From the NCBI GenBank assembly GCA_043758205.1, contig JAYVNY010000057.1, positions 1 through 64,000 of the forward strand: a stretch of 64,000 nt of DNA, read 5' to 3'. Positions 62,489 to 64,000 of this stretch are shown here, piece after piece. Within the stretch, counting starts at the first letter, position 1, and each line of letters begins with the position of its first letter. The stretch is from Akkermansia sp. (GTDB lineage Bacteria > Verrucomicrobiota > Verrucomicrobiia > Limisphaerales > SIBH01). Below the pieces are notes generated by a model that searched no databases, was not told the DNA's origin, and saw only the letters and a program-made list of their open reading frames with translations. The translations under genes were made by a program, and so were the position numbers.

Positions 62489-64000
62489 ATGAAACTCAAT
62501 TCACTTCGGCACTTCTGGCTTATGGTCGCGGGCTTGTGTTTTCTGCCTTCCGCCTTCGGCCTTCGCCTTTCCGCCCAGGGCACGGCCTTCACCTATCAGG
62601 GGCGGCTGAACGACGGAGCGGCACCCGCCAGCGGCAGTTACGATTTGCAATTTGCCGTTTACGACGCGGCCAGCGGCGGCAGCAAGCAGGCACCGTTCAT
62701 GACCAACTCCGCCACGGCGGTGAGCAACGGGCTGTTCACGGTGACGCTCGACTTCGGGAATATTTTCTCCGGCGCGGCGCGCTGGCTGGACATCGGGGTG
62801 CGGACGAATGGCGGCGGCACGTTCACGCTGCTGGCCCCGCGGCAGGCGTTGACGCCCACGCCGTATGCGATCTTCGCGGGCGGCGCGAGCAATCTGGTGG
62901 GCGCGGTCTCCTCGGCGAATCTGGCGGGGACGTATGCGCAGGCGGTGACGCTGAACAATCCCGGCAACGTCTTCGCGGGCGACGGCACGGGCGTGACGAA
63001 TGTGAACGCGGCGCAACTCAACGGACTGGCGGCGGGAAATTTCTGGCAGCTCGGGGGCAACACTGTTTCCGCCGGACAATTTCTCGGCAGCACGAACGAA
63101 CAGGCCGTGGAAATCAAAGTGAACGCTGTGCGCGCGTTGCGGTTGGAGCCTCATGCGACCAGTCCCAATGTGATCGGCGGCTTCAGCGGCAACTTCGTGG
63201 GGGAGGGATTCTTTGGCTCGACCATTGGCGGCGGCGGAAGCCTCGGCGCAAACAACACTCTTTTGGCCAGCTACGCCACCATCGCGGGCGGCTACTTCAA
63301 CGACATCGGCAAGAACTCCGATGCCAGCGTCATTGGCGGGGGACGGGACAACAACATCGCGTCCGACTTGCCGTATGCCACCATCGCGGGCGGCATCTCC
63401 AACACCATCGGCACGGCCTCCGAAAACAGCGCGATGGGCGGGGGCTATAACAACACCATCGCCGCCAAATCGTCTTCTGCCACCATCGCAGGAGGCTCTG
63501 CGAACGCCATCGGCACGAACTCCCCTTTCAGCGCGATGGGCGGGGGCTTCGACAACCGCATCGCGGCCAATTCGTGGGCGGCCACCATCGCGGGGGGCAA
63601 CTTCAACGGCATCGGAGTTGACGGACATTACAGCGCGATTGGCGGCGGGCAGCACAACAACATCGCGTCCAATTCGGCCTTGGCCACCATCGCAGGGGGC
63701 TGGGAAAACGACATCGGAGTCGAGGCCGATTACAGCGCGATTGGCGGCGGTCGGCACAACACCATCGCGTCCAATGCGGCCTACGCCACCATCGCGGGCG
63801 GCACCTTCAACGACATCGGCACGAACTCCTATTTCAGCGCGATGGGCGGGGGCGAAAAAAATACCATCGGAGCCGGCTCGCCGCATGCCACTATCGCGGG
63901 GGGTAATTTCAACGACATCGGAGTTGACTCCCATCACAGCGCGATTGGCGGCGGGCAGCAAAACACCATCGCGGTCAAATCGGTTTACGCCACGATTCCC
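62489..64000 (+). CDS. Partial (3' end off-window) secreted beta-roll/Hep_Hag-like repeat protein (tail-fibre/YadA-head-like repeats)
   Basis: Read in the frame from ATG 62489: MKLNSLRHFWLMVAGLCFLPSAFGLRLSAQG (signal) then >12 degenerate ~28-aa repeats ..ATIAGGxxNxIGxxSxxSAIGGGxxNTIAS..; the track's 62467..63450(+) and 62501..63961(-) ORFs are other frames of this repeat DNA. Confidence 0.65.
   Translation, partial: MKLNSLRHFWLMVAGLCFLPSAFGLRLSAQGTAFTYQGRLNDGAAPASGSYDLQFAVYDAASGGSKQAPFMTNSATAVSNGLFTVTLDFGNIFSGAARWLDIGVRTNGGGTFTLLAPRQALTPTPYAIFAGGASNLVGAVSSANLAGTYAQAVTLNNPGNVFAGDGTGVTNVNAAQLNGLAAGNFWQLGGNTVSAGQFLGSTNEQAVEIKVNAVRALRLEPHATSPNVIGGFSGNFVGEGFFGSTIGGGGSLGANNTLLASYATIAGGYFNDIGKNSDASVIGGGRDNNIASDLPYATIAGGISNTIGTASENSAMGGGYNNTIAAKSSSATIAGGSANAIGTNSPFSAMGGGFDNRIAANSWAATIAGGNFNGIGVDGHYSAIGGGQHNNIASNSALATIAGGWENDIGVEADYSAIGGGRHNTIASNAAYATIAGGTFNDIGTNSYFSAMGGGEKNTIGAGSPHATIAGGNFNDIGVDSHHSAIGGGQQNTIAVKSVYATIP

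Noticed and set aside
62467-63961. 327-aa (+) and 486-aa (-) ORFs
   Set aside because: Wrong-frame/antisense translations of the Hep_Hag-like repeat gene starting at 62489
1-64000. CRISPR arrays, tRNA and rRNA genes
   Set aside because: No regularly spaced short direct repeats with unique spacers; the ggctaccagcc cores are dispersed, not arrayed; no cloverleaf-compatible 70-90-nt segments or rRNA signature stretches noticed in intergenic regions

Overview
This is a high-GC (~63-65%) bacterial chromosomal window. The gene content points to Verrucomicrobiota or Planctomycetota: a DUF1501 Tat-exported protein, a prepilin-type H-X9-DG protein, a PF07638/TIGR02999-type ECF sigma factor, a giant Ig/PA14/LamG/HYR adhesin, and an HprK/HPr pair without PTS permeases.

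Housekeeping genes: ffh; hprK with an HPr gene; an rpsJ-rplC-rplD-rplW fragment of the S10 operon; an aspartate-type aminotransferase; an SDR oxidoreductase; ubiE/menG; and a GntP permease.

Accessory content: a three-gene glycosyltransferase locus including a GT2-nucleotidyltransferase-fucosyltransferase-like tri-domain protein; a 1079-aa Ser/Thr kinase with WD40 repeats; an O-methyltransferase; a REC-DUF4388 / Roadblock / unknown-protein signalling operon; a Tat-Gfo/Idh/MocA + DUF1080 + HI0933 flavoprotein + DUF885 array; a 3247-aa secreted adhesin; and secreted EEP-nuclease and beta-roll-repeat proteins.

The most unusual locus is a minus-strand pair at 24.9-32.7 kb. A 722-aa flotillin/SPFH protein sits upstream of a 1767-1796-aa protein with a MoxR/AAA_5-like ATPase core, separated by a hairpin-rich 0.3-kb spacer. 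Immediately 3' of the giant gene lies a 1.6-kb low-GC cassette bounded by 19-bp perfect inverted repeats, carrying an XRE regulator, a Cys-rich protein and a 53-codon ORF.

Other non-genic signals: a ~200-bp MITE-like repeat family with four copies, two of which flank ffh in direct orientation; several long perfect palindromes (27-32-bp arms); a heptanucleotide tandem repeat inside ubiE; a GNAT pseudogene; and an ~800-bp AT-rich islet.

No rRNA, tRNA or CRISPR array was recognised. Many long ORFs in the supplied track are GC-driven antisense artefacts of real genes and are not annotated. All functional calls come from motif recognition by eye; no database search was run.
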